Shown here piece after piece: positions 22,011 through 35,013 of a stretch of 64,000 nucleotides of DNA. The notes under the pieces were generated by a model, which saw only the letters and a list, made by a program, of their open reading frames with translations, was not told the origin of the DNA and did not search any database. Both the position numbers and the translations under genes were made by a program. The DNA comes from Minutocellus sp. GHC0000111. Taxonomy: Eukaryota. The stretch is taken from the NCBI GenBank assembly GCA_977018835.1, contig OZ361260.1, positions 992,001-1,056,000 of the forward strand, read 5' to 3'. How positions within the stretch are numbered: the stretch's first letter is position 1; every line of letters starts with the position of its first letter.

Positions 22011-24976
22011 ATGTCGGCCAGCCCAATGTCTTCGCCGCCACAGACTTTGCACCGACCGCCGTCCAATCGGTCGGTGCAATCGCAGTCCAACTTCAAGACG
22101 GCGCTGGGGCGCATACCGGTGCCCGCTCAGCTGATGGAGGGCCTTCCGGTGATGAAGGTCAACTCGGTACGTTCTCCAATTACTTGTCGTCACTTATGCC
22201 ACTTGTCGTGATTTTGCTTCCAATGGAGCAGTTTGCAGTGTTGCATTTGATAACGCGGTTTTCTTTATGTCGTGGCTCATTCTTTCTTTACACTCCCCTG
22301 CCTGAACATAACTCCCATTCAATTCCTTCGGTCGGTTTCGTCGCTTTCACCTGAAATATCAACGCCGTAACACATAAATTGAACGGCATTCCGAAGCCAG
22401 CCTTCCTCACCCTGTCGGAGGACAAGTTCACTCTCTACATCACGTCGGCAAAAGTGAAGAACAGCTCATCCAGCACTTTGTCGCTGATGAAGCCATCCAA
22501 TCTGGTATCGCGAGTTCGCAGCATCAGCATGGGGTCGGGAACCGGCGCCTCCACCGACGATGGGTTGGAGAGCGTCGATACCATGGCCGAACTGAACAAG
22601 GAGCTGGTTGTGGAAATTGGTTCGTTTGATCGCATTCAGAGAGGCCAGAATACCCTCCGCTTTGAGAAGGCTCGGTAAGTACCGCTTGGACTTTGGCTTT
22701 ATCGTATTTCACGTTTGTATTAACTCTTTAGCCTCCATTTGTCTAATAATTGAATGCCGTCCACATGCATGATTGGGCAAACAGAAAAGCAATGAAGGTG
22801 ACGCTGGGATCTCCCATGAAGGTGGCAAAGAAGGGATATGCGGAAGCTTCCATGGATTCCACAAAATGTTTCTCTGTCATCTTTCGGGGCGGCAAGACTT
22901 TGGATTTGATGACGACCGATCAGGACGACCGCGATGAAATCCTCGATGCGTTGGATCGGCTCCTACATGCATACCAGCAGGCCAAGAACGAGTTGGAAAT
23001 GATGTGCTCCTGCTTCGTTACATCTGGACAGACGTGGATAGAAACAAAACCAATTTGATCAATGCAGCTGAGCTGGGAGCAATCTTGGATAGGATCAATT
23101 ACTACATGAAGAAGTCGCAACTGAATTCGGCCTTTGAGCAATTTTCCAAGATTATTGGTCTGGATCGGAGTGAGAGGAAACGAGGTCTTACATTTGAGCA
23201 GGTCGTTACCTTCCTTCACAAGCTAAAGCGAGATACGTGGCAGGTCAAACCAGTGAATCAAATTTGGGTCGATGTGTTTGGAGAATTCATGAACAATGGC
23301 AAACCGCGGCAACGAGTGTCGGCGCAGACCTTTCTCGACCGGTTCCTCAAGAGGACCCAGGGGCAAGAGGATGCAACAATTGAGTATGTTAGTGATTTAT
23401 TTCTCAGATAGAATGAAATAGAGATTGCCAACACATCGACGCAAGGTCAGATCGAGCCTGCCATGAGAAATCGCTACATCACCAAGGACACCTTTGAGGC
23501 GTACCTCGCCAGCAACGAAAACAGCGCCTTCGACCCCTTGCGAGAAAAGTTCGATGAGCACAACATGTCCAAACCGTTGTCGGAGTACTGGATCAACACC
23601 AGCCACAACACCTACTTGACGGGCGACCAATTGACATCGACATCCAGCGTGGAAATGTACATGACCGCATTGTATCGCGGATGTCGCTGCGTCGAGCTCG
23701 ACATCTGGGACGGTGATCGAGATCCCAGGGATGGCCTCCCGATGCCGGTGGTGAAGCACGGCCACACAATGACATCGAAGATTCCCTTTGCCGACATTCT
23801 GAAATCGATCAAAATGTTCCTCAACTTCAATCCGTACAGCTATCCTATCATTTTGTCGCTCGAGAATCACTGCAGCATCCCGTATCAGGAGGTGATGGCG
23901 GATCAATTGACCATCATCCTTGGAAGCCGCCTCTATGTGCCCGATGAGGCCTCGCTGGAAGGCCCTCTGCCTTCGCCTGAACGGTTGAGAGGTATGGTGG
24001 TGCTGAAAGGCAGACGGCCTCTTGGCGCTGCGGCGGATGATGTAGCCGTGTATGATTCCGATGACGATGAATCGCTCCTTACCGGCACAGGCTCGGTAAT
24101 GACAGGCGCTAACACAATGAGTACGGTCAAGGCAAGCAGTGTGGATATCAAGATTGCTCCGCAGCTAGCCCAACAAACTCTCTTCCACGGCACCATGTTC
24201 AAGAAGTGGGAGGACAGCATGGCCAATCCAAGGCACCATATGCATTCCTTCTCGGAATCCAAGGTCCGCAGTCTCTGTCGATCTCGTCAATCTCGGTCCT
24301 GGATCGTCTACAACCAAACCCACATGTCACGAACCTACCCCGCCGGCAAGAGGGTCGACTCTAGCAACTACAACCCTATGCTCGCCTGGGCCACCGGCTG
24401 TCAAATGGTCGCCTTGAATTTCCAAACATCGGACGCAGCCCTTCGTATCAACGACGGTCGCTTTCGTGAGAACGGTAACTGTGGCTATATCTTGAAGCCG
24501 TCTCACCTCATGGTGAAAGATCGCGATATTGATCCAGCCCCAGTGCAAATGACGATCAAGTCCTCACGGGCTCTTGCCTTCCCAAACCAAAAGGCAAAAA
24601 CAAAGGAGAGTGCATCGATCCCTACGTCTTGGTCACTTTGTTCGATGTGAATGCCAACGAGGCGAAGGAGATTTGCACTACATACCGTACAGGGACCGTC
24701 CCTGAGAACGGCTTCTTTCCAATTTGGAATACCGATCGCGACAAATTCAAGTTCCAGGTAGAGAATCCAACATGTGCCATCCTCCAACTGACAGTCTATG
24801 ACAGCGACGTTGGCAAGGACGATTTCATCGCGAGCGCGTGCATTCCCATATCTTGCCTGCGACAGGGCTACAGATGCGTCCGTCTTTACGATGCCAATAA
24901 TACCCGCAGTGGGGCCTTCGACTTTGCCACGTTATTGATTAGGATCAAGATGAGAGCAAAGCAGGCAGAGATATAA
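22011..24976 (+). CDS. Phosphoinositide phospholipase C (PH, EF-hand, X, Y, C2), carrying several lesions
   Basis: PLSEYWINTSHNTYLTGDQL, GCRCVELDIWDG, PIILSLENHC, RTYPAGKRVDSSNYNP, MVALNFQ and a C2 domain. Introns 22167-22381 and 22675-22784; frameshifts ~22988 and ~24560; in-frame TAG 23409-23411. Confidence 0.92.
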
Positions 24977-25168
24977 TTATTTTGGTTTGGTGGTGCGGAT
25001 TTTGGCGGGAATCGGTCGATACCAATCAACGATGATGATGACTATCCGAATCCTCTGGAAAACGTTTTTACGAGAAGGTTAGGCGAACGCGTTGTTCCAC
25101 GGCCACTGAAAAACTGTTCCACGTCGTCTTCTCGATATGGTGGTCCGCATTTTTCGGAACAACCCGTC

Positions 25169-26549
25169 ATGAAGCAACTCAGCTACCTGTTGCACCATGG
25201 CGTGGCAACCACCGTCGTCGTTGTGCTCATCATTCCTCGAGCGTTCTCTGCCAAGGTTGAAGACCCACCGTACCATCTTCCATTCGATTACGATCCCTTT
25301 TCGGAAACCGGACCTTCACGGTGGGGAGAAGTCAACGTCACCGGTAATGAGTGGATGAAATATGTTGGGGGAACCAAATTGACCTCGACATCGATGGCAA
25401 TGAATGCCTTAGCCTTCGCCGCCCCTCACCACTCAACCTCGTTGCAAATGATAAGTGCAGAGACAACCACGAGATCCTCACCAGGCAGATACGCGACACC
25501 GACTGCAAGTTCCACCATTTGAACTTTACCATCACGCCTCACACACTGACCGCAACCTTTCCATTGAATGACCGTTTTTGCGAGCGTCCAACCATTGATT
25601 TGCCGAATGGCTACCCGTATCGCTGGCACGCTCATCGCATCGAGATTCACATCAGGGCCGAGCACGTTTTAGATGGGAGAAGATACGATGGAGAACTGCA
25701 AAGTGAGTAACACTCCAGCAAGTGAGACCCTGCTTTTATCAATTACATTTGCTATTGAACCAATCCAACAAATGATCCGCTCATCATTCTGTCATACATT
25801 TCATCCCCGCAGTGAATCACCTCGGCCAGAAGGACCAAAAGCGGAAGGTCAGCACCGTGTCGGTGATGCTCGACGCGTCGGGCTACGAGGATAATCCCAA
25901 GCTCCAAGCATACATTGACAAGTGGCAAGCACACGCCGATGAGATACAGAACGCATGCGCTCGAAGAAATCTCGGCGATAGCAACGGGTCTGAATTCACT
26001 ATCACCGATCAGACCGATATTTCGCCAAGCTCGTCCTCTGAAACCGGAGAAGATGCAGATGACGCCAACAAGTTCTACTCACCGATGACAGCATTTCAAG
26101 CTGCCGATGACAAAGAACACCGGGACGGTACAAATGGCAATGTGAAGAACCTAGGCCTGCGTCGTACCGAAGAGGCCGCAAATGGGACTGACCCAGAAGA
26201 CGGCGAGGAGGAAGAGCGAGGGCCTCGCCGAAAGATGTTCCCTTATGATCTTTGGCCAACTATTTATTTTTACAGGTATCAGGGCCAACTTACAATGCCC
26301 CCGTGCAGCGAAACCGTTGTTTGGCGAATTCTCGACGAACCTCTACTTATTTCTCGAAAACAGTTTAAGCAGCTTGGTCGTCTTTTGACGAGCTACATCG
26401 ACCCTGACACTTGTGAGAGCGCCGCTGCTGTGTCGCCCCAAGGGGAGAACTACCGACCTTTGGAAAGCATCAACCATGAGAAACAAGAAATGACGCATTG
26501 CACCGAGAGAGACTTCACCTTTTGGCAGTACCCACCCGATCAACAGTAG
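25169..26549 (+). CDS. Signal-peptide-bearing alpha-carbonic anhydrase-like protein (frameshift ~25370; intron ~25703-25812)
   Basis: GPSRWG, RPSPLNL, AEHVLDGRRYDGELQMNH, YFYRYQGQLTMPPCSETVVWRI, NYRPL. Confidence 0.85.
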
Positions 26550-26614
26550 GAACGTCTAAATTAACTAGCTACATAGTAAAAGACACTTTAGTATTTGAAT
26601 TCGTTTCAGGTTAA

Positions 26615-29459
26615 TCAAGTGGGCAGTTTGGGTTGCCACCATTTATTGTCTAATATGTCTTTTGATTCAAGATAGCCGCATGCGGTTTTTCGGTCTTGGT
26701 CGGGGGCACCGCATATCTCTCTCCTCGCCTTATCTCTCTTGTACCGTCCTCTGGAAGTGATGTAATCCCTATCGTTCATCTCGGAAGGTTCAAACAACCT
26801 TGTGATCCTCGCGCTCTTTGGCACAATTATAGTTCTCTCCTCTGGCCTCATCTCTCTCATGTCGTTTGTCTTGACTTTGCCTAGAGCAACAAATCTACTG
26901 CCGTCGCTCAGGCGCATGAATTCCCAGGAATCATTCGGTATCCTATAACGTGGATCCTTGGTGGACAATACGTATATATTGGAAGGGTAAACTCCCTTCA
27001 AGCAGTAGTGAAGATTGTTGCCATCCTCGTGGAGCACCTCGTAGCCAAGAAGTCCAAAGAATGAGTCCACCATCATACGGCACTTGGCGCAATTCTGAAG
27101 GGGCATGTTATAAACGTTTTGAGGCATCCACACGCCGCCATCACTGTGGCCACGGACAAAGTCAATGGCTGTTCCTCCAATATAGGGCTCAGGGATGACA
27201 AAGTTGTTTAGGCCATTCCACACATCATAAACAGGCTTTGGGGATCGATTCTTGGAGACGGTCAAAAAGTTGTGAATTTTGACCATGTCCAAATCGTTGG
27301 CCTGATATCCATCAAGCGCATTCGGCCCATGTGCAAAGTTCTGATGAGCATAGACGTCTCTATTCACTAGGATGGTGAGCTCATGTTGCAGAGCAATCCG
27401 CGGTGTTGTCCTAGTGTCTGATGCAAAGCCATCCAAACCATGCTCCCGAGGGATTTCAAGAAAATGCCGGCGAACTTCTGGCCTCAAGAGTTTGTCAACG
27501 TCAAACAGCAGGGAATGATTCTCAGTGAAGGAATGCACATCGCACAGCCAAGGCCAACTGCCATAATTCCAAGGACGCGAGTAAATTCTGCCGTTGGATC
27601 CCCATTCGCACACATCGTGGCCATGTGTCTCCTATGGCAGCTCCGTCATCGTTGGGAAGTCCTCAAATAAGAGCGGCCCCATGGCAAGGATCCCGTATTT
27701 ATTAATTTCTCGATTCTTTTTTGATTTAGGTAGATTGTCCGCCAGCGGCATTGGAGCTTGTGGTATTTCAGGATAACGATGCGGCTCACGTTGAGCTCGT
27801 GCCAGATAAAAGTCTCTGATCATCTTCTCCATCATCCTCTCCAAGTCCATGTGCATTGCGTGCGCCTCGGGGAGGGGATGAACGTCGCAATTCATTTGAT
27901 TGAGAAACTCCAGCTTCCGATGATTCCGCATTTCCTCCCGTTCCAGGAAGTCCACTGCTAAACGCCTACCAAGCAGCTCACCGCCAGTATTGTCGAGCAT
28001 CAAAATATGGGCTCCGAGTGTCTGATCGCAGGTTGCGCTCTGCACAAGCTTATCGATCCCCCACATTTGGACGAATTCTTCGTTGAGGATGAATACAGTC
28101 TCATAGCGGGGCGAAAGGTACTGCTCAAACGAATGACAGCCAAGATTAACCTCTCGGTTGGTGACTGCCATAAGCATTGGAAGAGAATTGGCCCTAGGAG
28201 GGCATGCCTGCGAATCTACTCGATTGTTTACATGTTTCCAGATATGTCGGCCGGGGAGTCGGCGATTGCGTTGGACCCGTTGGGCTCTGACTCGGTGACT
28301 GGGTCGGTGCAAATGTGGGAGATGGAGACGGACCGGGCGTAGGAGAGATCGTTGGCGTCGCCGTCGGTGCAGCCGTGGGATCTGAGGTGGTCGCTACGAA
28401 CCCGTACTTATCAGCAGCGGTGACGGAATTTACGTGAAAGGATCGGCCATTGACGTCGCCATCTGACGATGATGACCTCGATCGCATCGTCACTGCAATG
28501 GCACAAACAAGGACGACGACCAGGGCCAGGACAGACCACACGGCGGTGCGCTCTCTTCTTCGCGATGACGATCCGTAACTTCGCCGAGGGCTGTTGGTTG
28601 TATTGAATTTGTAGGGTGATCCTCGTTCGAGAGAATCCTCTGAATTAGCCGTAAAGGTCCGTGAAATGCCAATCGATGGCGAATTCAACTTTGCCTTGAG
28701 GATGGTAGGACTTGTTCGTTTTCGTGGCGTTGGGGTACCGGCCTTGCCATTGGGCTGTCGGTAGGGAGAAAATATCAAGGCACCACCGCCACTGCTTCTG
28801 CTGCCATTGTTGTTGTTTTTGTTCACTGCTCCAGTACTCGTTCGGCTCTTGATGCGCATCATTTTATCCGTCACATCGTTGACGCTGCAGTTGTTGGATT
28901 GTCCCTCACTCCTCAGCTCTTCCACTGCCTGAAGCAAGTCATCCTCTCTTCCAGCATATTTGGACATCAGCATCGTCCTTCCGTCAGTATCGTTTGGCAG
29001 AACTTGGGCAAGGGCACTCTCAACTTGATCTTGAATGTTGGTAGTCCTCGGTGAGAATGTGCTGCTTTGGGACGCATGCTGCTGCTGCTTTTGTCGTGGC
29101 GTTCGTCGTTGCTTGAGACCACTCGAGGCCGACGATGGTGCTGCTGCAATTTTTGTTTGCACTTTGGGAGATGCAAATGGTACTGGGTTTGATTGATGAT
29201 TGTTGTTGTTGGTGCTGGTTTCGGCGATGCTTGCCGGGTCGGCCTCCCATCGAACCTCCTTGGTAATGGTGTGGTAGTAGTACGTTCGAAATCTGCTCAG
29301 GTCATATGCTGCCTTCCATTCACCGCCAACTTTTGAGGATGTCGTCTCACCCCTTGCAGATCTATCATTTTGCCTACGATCGGGGAGTTTGAGCTCCACT
29401 TGGCCCGTTCCGTCACTCTTTTGGGGGTATGGTCGGTTGGAATGTGCGTTGGACGGCAT
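26615..29459 (-). CDS. Type II membrane protein: WW domain, TM helix, PT-rich stalk and ~550-aa unidentified luminal domain
   Basis: WKAAYDLSRFRTYYYHTITKEVRWE; TM AVWSVLALVVVLVCAIAV; frameshift ~28200; ORFs 27632..28312 and 26615..27613 are in one frame across a TAG. Confidence 0.65.
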
Positions 29460-29836
29460 TGTATTGTAGCAAGTTCTGAATTGAAGCCAAGAGAAATATT
29501 TTGTACCAGTTATCATGCATGTGGGGCCGGCTGATTGACTGGTGTGAAGAGTTGCAGGAGGCGGCCTCCGAGATAAACCAGGCAAGATACTACCCTCCTA
29601 TTGGCAACTACGAATGCCAATGAATGGCAACAAATCAATTGAAGCCGAGGATGTTCGGATTCTACGATCCTGGATCCTGGCGGCTGGAAAAACGGTTGGC
29701 ACAGAGTTGGGGGCGGGAGCCAAAACCTTCGAAGCGTAAAATTTGTACCAGCAGCAAGCAGCACAACTTGACGGGCGGGTGTGGAGGCGAGAAAGGAGGT
29801 CGGCGAAGCAAAGTGAAGTAGCAACGTTGGTGATCA

Positions 29837-30709
29837 ATGGTCGTCGCGGTATCCACAGCCATTCTCTTCACACTCCTGGCTCGCAGCCGCATATCCAAAC
29901 CAGCGCATGATCCATCAACATCGGCCGTTCTGATCACCGGCGGTGGAAGGGGCATTGGAAAGGCCACCGCCGACCATCTGCTATCGCTCAGATACCACGT
30001 CTTTGTTGCCGTTCGCAAGCAATCGCAGTATGATGCAATGGAATCGAAAACAAAAGAAGTAGAGGGCTCGTCTGCCCCCCACCCCGTCCTTCTCGATGTA
30101 TCCAATAACGACCACATCGCATCGGCAACAGAGCGAGTTCAATCACTGTGCCAATCGCTCAATTGCCAACTCATTGCCGTCGTCAACAACGCTGGTATCA
30201 ATCCAGAGGGCGATGCCATGTCCGAGGTATATGCCAAGGATGGCACACCTGAGAATGTGCTGGCTGATACCACCGTCTCTACGAGGGTGCTACAAACCAA
30301 CGTGGTGGGCGTGGCGAGAGTATCAAGAGCCTTCTTACCACTGTTAGTCGATGGGGGGCGAATAATAAACATTGGGAGCTACTTTGGATCGATTGCGGGA
30401 CAAGCAGGACTTTGCCATGCCTACTATGAGAGCAGCAAGTTTGCCTTGGAGGGGTTGAGCGACAATATGCGTCGATCGTTGCGCAAGAAGGGCATTCACG
30501 TGAGTCTCATCAAGCCTGGCAACATCATCACCGATATGAATAGCTTTGGCGAGTCCCCAGCGAGTGTGGTGGCGAAGGATGTGGAGCATGCGGTATTATC
30601 GCAACGTCCAAGGGCGCGATACTATCCCGGAAAGGTCAAGGGGATGCCAGTGCGTTTGGTGTGTTGGATCTTTGAGATGTTACCGACGTGGGTATCGGAT
30701 TCGTTGTAG
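29837..30709 (+). CDS. Short-chain dehydrogenase/reductase with N-terminal anchor
   Basis: ITGGGRGIG, VVNNAGI, YESSK (YxxxK), PGNIITDM. Confidence 0.92.
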   Translation: MVVAVSTAILFTLLARSRISKPAHDPSTSAVLITGGGRGIGKATADHLLSLRYHVFVAVRKQSQYDAMESKTKEVEGSSAPHPVLLDVSNNDHIASATERVQSLCQSLNCQLIAVVNNAGINPEGDAMSEVYAKDGTPENVLADTTVSTRVLQTNVVGVARVSRAFLPLLVDGGRIINIGSYFGSIAGQAGLCHAYYESSKFALEGLSDNMRRSLRKKGIHVSLIKPGNIITDMNSFGESPASVVAKDVEHAVLSQRPRARYYPGKVKGMPVRLVCWIFEMLPTWVSDSL

Positions 30710-30771
30710 AATCCAAGGGGCTAAGTAGTGCTATACAGGTGTCGTTTGTGCGCCTTCAAACGAAGCAAGGC

Positions 30772-32155
30772 TCATGCCACAGGCCGAAGACGACGAAGGT
30801 TCTTCTTCGAAACGGAAAGTCGACGGACAGCTAAAACGTCTCCACTGACGTAACGATCACTGATTACATCTACCACGACCTGCTTTGAACTAGCCTCCTT
30901 TGCAACAACGAAGGCAAGCCAGCCATCAAAATCTGAGCCATCATCAGCGAGAGTGAGGCCTTGGAGAATCACGCGATCACCGGGCAAGAAGCGACCGAAC
31001 TTTTTCAGCAGCTTCGGTGACCACGCTTCCATGCGTTGGCTTGGCATTCTCGAGAACAGTAATGCGTTAGTCGACAAGATGAGCACATGAGCAGCACGGG
31101 CAATGCGCCGGTAAGTGCTTTTCTACCACAACCATCGCAAAATCTCCCTCCTACTCGACTGAAGTACCGATCGAATGTGTCAATTTCACCCGACTGAACA
31201 TCGGCAATGATATCTTCGTTGTCTCTCTCATTTTGAAGAATAGATGGAACAGAAGGACCTGCTTCGCAACTCATCGTTCGAAACAATCCCTTCATGATAG
31301 AGTCGAAGACATCACTTACACAGCTGAACCCCCCGAAGAGACCATCCTTTTCCAGGAACAAAGGAAGCAATACGTCCTTGCTTATTGATTCGCCCTCAAA
31401 AAGTCCACGTACCAGGAACGCAAAGGCCCGTCGCTTGTAACATGCTTCAGCAGTTGTACACGCACCCTCTTCAACCAAAGAGGCGCGTACGGCCATGGCC
31501 ACGGCGCGAATGAAGAAAGGCTCTTCAACATCTTCAGAGGTCTTTCTCATGCACTGCTCTGTTTCAACTTTAAGGTAACCGCCGCCAACCGCAGCGGATT
31601 CAAGGAGATTCTTGTGGATCTCTCCAAATTCACAAGGAGTAACGATGAGATAAATGAGCGCAAGGAGAATGATCCGATACTCAGACACCTGCGCCCGAAG
31701 AAGCTCAAGTGCTTCTGTCACAATGGCAGGGGGGAATTGCAGCTGCTTTAGAAGTTCAAACCACTTGAGAAAGTCGATCTCAGATAGCGGTAAAGCGAGG
31801 GATGGAGGGATAGGAGGGATAGGAGGAAAAATAGTACGAAGCATTACGATATTCTCATAATGCGCCCTGACTGCCGCAGCCTCAAAAGCAGCCTTTTCAG
31901 TTTTCTTGCTCAATTCAAGCATGTTCATAACCTGCTCAAGAGGTGGGAGTGCCGGCAATGCTTGAGTTGGCTCGCAAACATGTCTGTGACATTTGTTTCG
32001 CGAAAGAAGGCAATGTGCGAGGCGCTACGCCAATCTTCTGGAGGGAAACCTTGTTCGAGCGAGTCGCCATTGTTATCCGAGCTGATTTTGGTCTCGACCG
32101 AGGGCAGGGGCAGAAGAGGCTTCTTCGTTTGTCTCCTGCGATTCTTCTTCCCCAT
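30772..32155 (-). CDS. MYND zinc-finger protein (two apparent 1-bp frameshifts, ~31960 and ~31008)
   Basis: CDGC...CSSCRLTHYCSRECQANAWKRGHRSC, followed in the next frame by FLPGDRVILQGL...LSVSKKNLRRL. Confidence 0.75.
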
Positions 32156-32483
32156 TGTCTGGTGACTGTACCTACTAGGTATGGCCTAGGTACGAGTATC
32201 CTTTAGGATAGTGCTTGCACTGTAGCTTTAGGGGCGCGGCGATTAGATCTGGCTTCAAGTGGACTGGGTCTACTTCTGAATGATACTTCGCCTTGGTTTG
32301 GCATGTTCAGCGAACTCAGTCGGGATTCATTCATTTTATTATAAGCAGAGATCAGCCGTGGACTCATTATACTGAATCATGTGTTATATTTTCTTAAATA
32401 AACTCAAATGATTCCCAACTTTGGTCACTGGTAACTACATTCGTTCATCTAAGTTCATTCATTTTGGTCTTGATGATTCATAT

Positions 32484-33649
32484 CTACTGAGCCTTCTGTG
32501 AATGACCGTTCTCCTTAAGCGATAGAGCGATAACCTTGCGCATTTCTTCATCGTCAAACCCATCATTTGTTTGCCCACCACTATTATAAGAATCTTCGCC
32601 AAGACTTGCACTTGCGTTGTTTGCATTCGCAGGAGGCTCTTGAACAACGCCTTCATTGCTGCCTTGGTCTACACCGATGTCATCGAGCCGTGTGGCCTTT
32701 TGGAATTGATGATTTTCGGGATAGACCCAGAATTCTTTCACAACTTCGATGGGAAATGCCTTGGTCTTAAAGCAAAGATAGCATTCATAAGGGATTGTCA
32801 GAAGGATGGTGAGGCTGCAGATAATATAACAGGTTGGCGTGAGGAAAAATGGAAGCGATTTGTCATCAGTGGTAACTAGGAAGCTTGGATGATATCCAGG
32901 GATTGTGAAGTCCTCGGAAATATCGTAGTGCTTGTCTCGGTTCTTGTGTTGGGCTATAAAAGTATCCTTGACAACTTGTTCATCACCGAACTTAATTTTT
33001 TTCATGATGGCAAAACGATACAAGTTGCCTTCTTTGATGTCGGCAGGGTTGACATGAATAGAAAGATCGTTGCACTTGTAATACTCTAGGTCCATTGACG
33101 CCTTGTGAGTGTTGACTCTCTTCTTTGTTTGACCGCCGCCCTTGGCTGTTTTCGCACCCGTATTGAGGTCTTTTTCCCACATTGTGTAGTATGTTTTCTC
33201 GTTGTGGTAACACTGAATAGTCCAACGAAGCTGGGCATCGGCGGCATCATGGAATCCATCTTTTTATAGAACTCGTCGACACTAAGTACGCCAAAGCGGA
33301 GGGTATTGTAGGTAACCCCAGTGAAGGCAAGGTATAGGTTAGCAATGAAGATGAAACCAGCAATCAATCCGAAAATTCCCCAAGGAATGACTCCTGCCGC
33401 AGTGATAATGAAAGCGACGAAGAAGAGGATGCTAAAAGTTGCTCTGAAGGCATCTCGAATTTGGAGGCCTTCAAATTCTTCGTCCTCTCTGTTTAATGGG
33501 TTTCCTTCATCGATATATCCCCACCGGTGACGGCGTGGCTGGTCTCCTTTCTCCAAATCAATTTCTGGTTTGCCACTATTGCCTGACGGCGCGGAAACGT
33601 CCAAACCTGTGACGGCGAATGTCGACGAGGTGTCTACTTTTGCAGGCAT
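32484..33649 (-). CDS. TMEM151-like membrane protein with C-terminal UIM (frameshift ~33248)
   Basis: TM pair, then WTIQCYH...RVNTHKAS...CNDLS and PFFLT...LLTIPY...VVKEF. C-terminal DDEEMRKVIALSLKE. Confidence 0.65.
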
Positions 33650-34343
33650 GATTGTAGAGATGGGATAGATGGTAGAGACAGGAGTAAATAGCGGGAAGGT
33701 TGCGTACTCTCGTATGATTTCGCAAAGGTTGATATTGGGCTTCTGTTTCGTTTTGTTGTTTTGTGCGTTTTATGATTCGGTTCACACTGGTTTGCTTGAT
33801 TCGTTCGGCTCTTTGATGCTTCGCATCGCCGTCTCTCCGATTGGAAAAAGCCGTCTTGACTTGAAATTTTCTTTCGTGCCCGCATCGTATCAGTCGATGA
33901 AGAGTCGAGTCTGTTGCGACGAATTTGCCGCAACACAAATTTGATGTTCACTTCAGGTGTGCTCCAGAGGGGAATAGTGAGCAGTGACTGGCCGTCTGAT
34001 GTACGAAGCTCGTACATACATGTATGTTGATGATGGATGGCGTTTCTTCGTATCTTCGCCAAAATTCCACAGTACAGAAAACCCAAATATGAAGTAGATC
34101 TAAGTTCCGCCCCCCCGCGACGCCCTTATGATCTACATTCTTTGTACTTGGTAGAGTACCTAGGTACCATTTTCTCTAAGTTCCCTCCAACGCAAAGTGG
34201 CGCACTGTACCAGTAAGACGACTTCTACATACATGTAGATACATGTACTAGCTACGTAGGTGCCGGCAGGTTTGCCTTAGATGATCTAGTTAGAGTCTGC
34301 ATGGTCAGCTATCAGAGAGAAGAAAACTGAAGGGGCAGTACAT

Positions 34344-34848
34344 CCTTATCCTTATCCTTATCTGGTACTCTAATTAATCGACCCGACCAATGGGACGACT
34401 GGGATCCGATAACTCCTGGAGTTCGGGATATTGTAAACGGTAGCGACCTCTTATAACCACCTGCATCTTTCCATACTCTACCCCTCCCTGGCCTAACTGC
34501 AGAACCTTCTGCGTGATCACGAAATGAGTAGGGTGACTCACGTGTAGATTGGCGTACGTGGGCATGCAGTTTGTACTTTGAAGGGCCTCGCACCGAGACG
34601 TTTTGATGGTGCGCCGGTGTTATCGACGGTCAAGGGCTCCTTCGTTTCCTCTTGCAGCGTCACCCTGCCGTCAGAAATTTCATGCCTGGTTCTAAGACCA
34701 CTGTCGGCGATTCTGCGCCCAAGCGTCATTGAGGCTCTTATAGGGTCGTCTACACCGTGATCTAACTCCGGTCCGCGGGCCGGAAGACGAGGTCTTCAGG
34801 TTGGGTTGAGTGAATTGTGGATGAGGCTTGGCCACGCCAATCAATGAG
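34344..34848 (-). mobile_element. 505-bp retroposed insertion (truncated LINE or SINE-like) with (ATAAGG)3 tail
   Basis: Perfect 16-bp direct repeat TGAAGGGGCAGTACAT at 34328-34343 and 34849-34864; (CCTTAT)3 abuts the left copy. Confidence 0.85.
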
Positions 34849-35013
34849 TGAAGGGGCAGTACATGTATACGTACATACATGTAACCGCCCTCGGGCATGT
34901 ACATGTAAATAGCCTGTCTACATTTAATGTAATAAGAAATTCTGACCGCTGAACTCATTCCGCTTTCCCAGAGATTGCTCATGTGTTCTCCGTCGGATGC
35001 TCATATTCTAATA

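Noticed and set aside
34760..34810. Hammerhead ribozyme core (CTGAAGA on the minus strand)
   Set aside because: No correctly spaced GAAA or closing stems could be found by eye.
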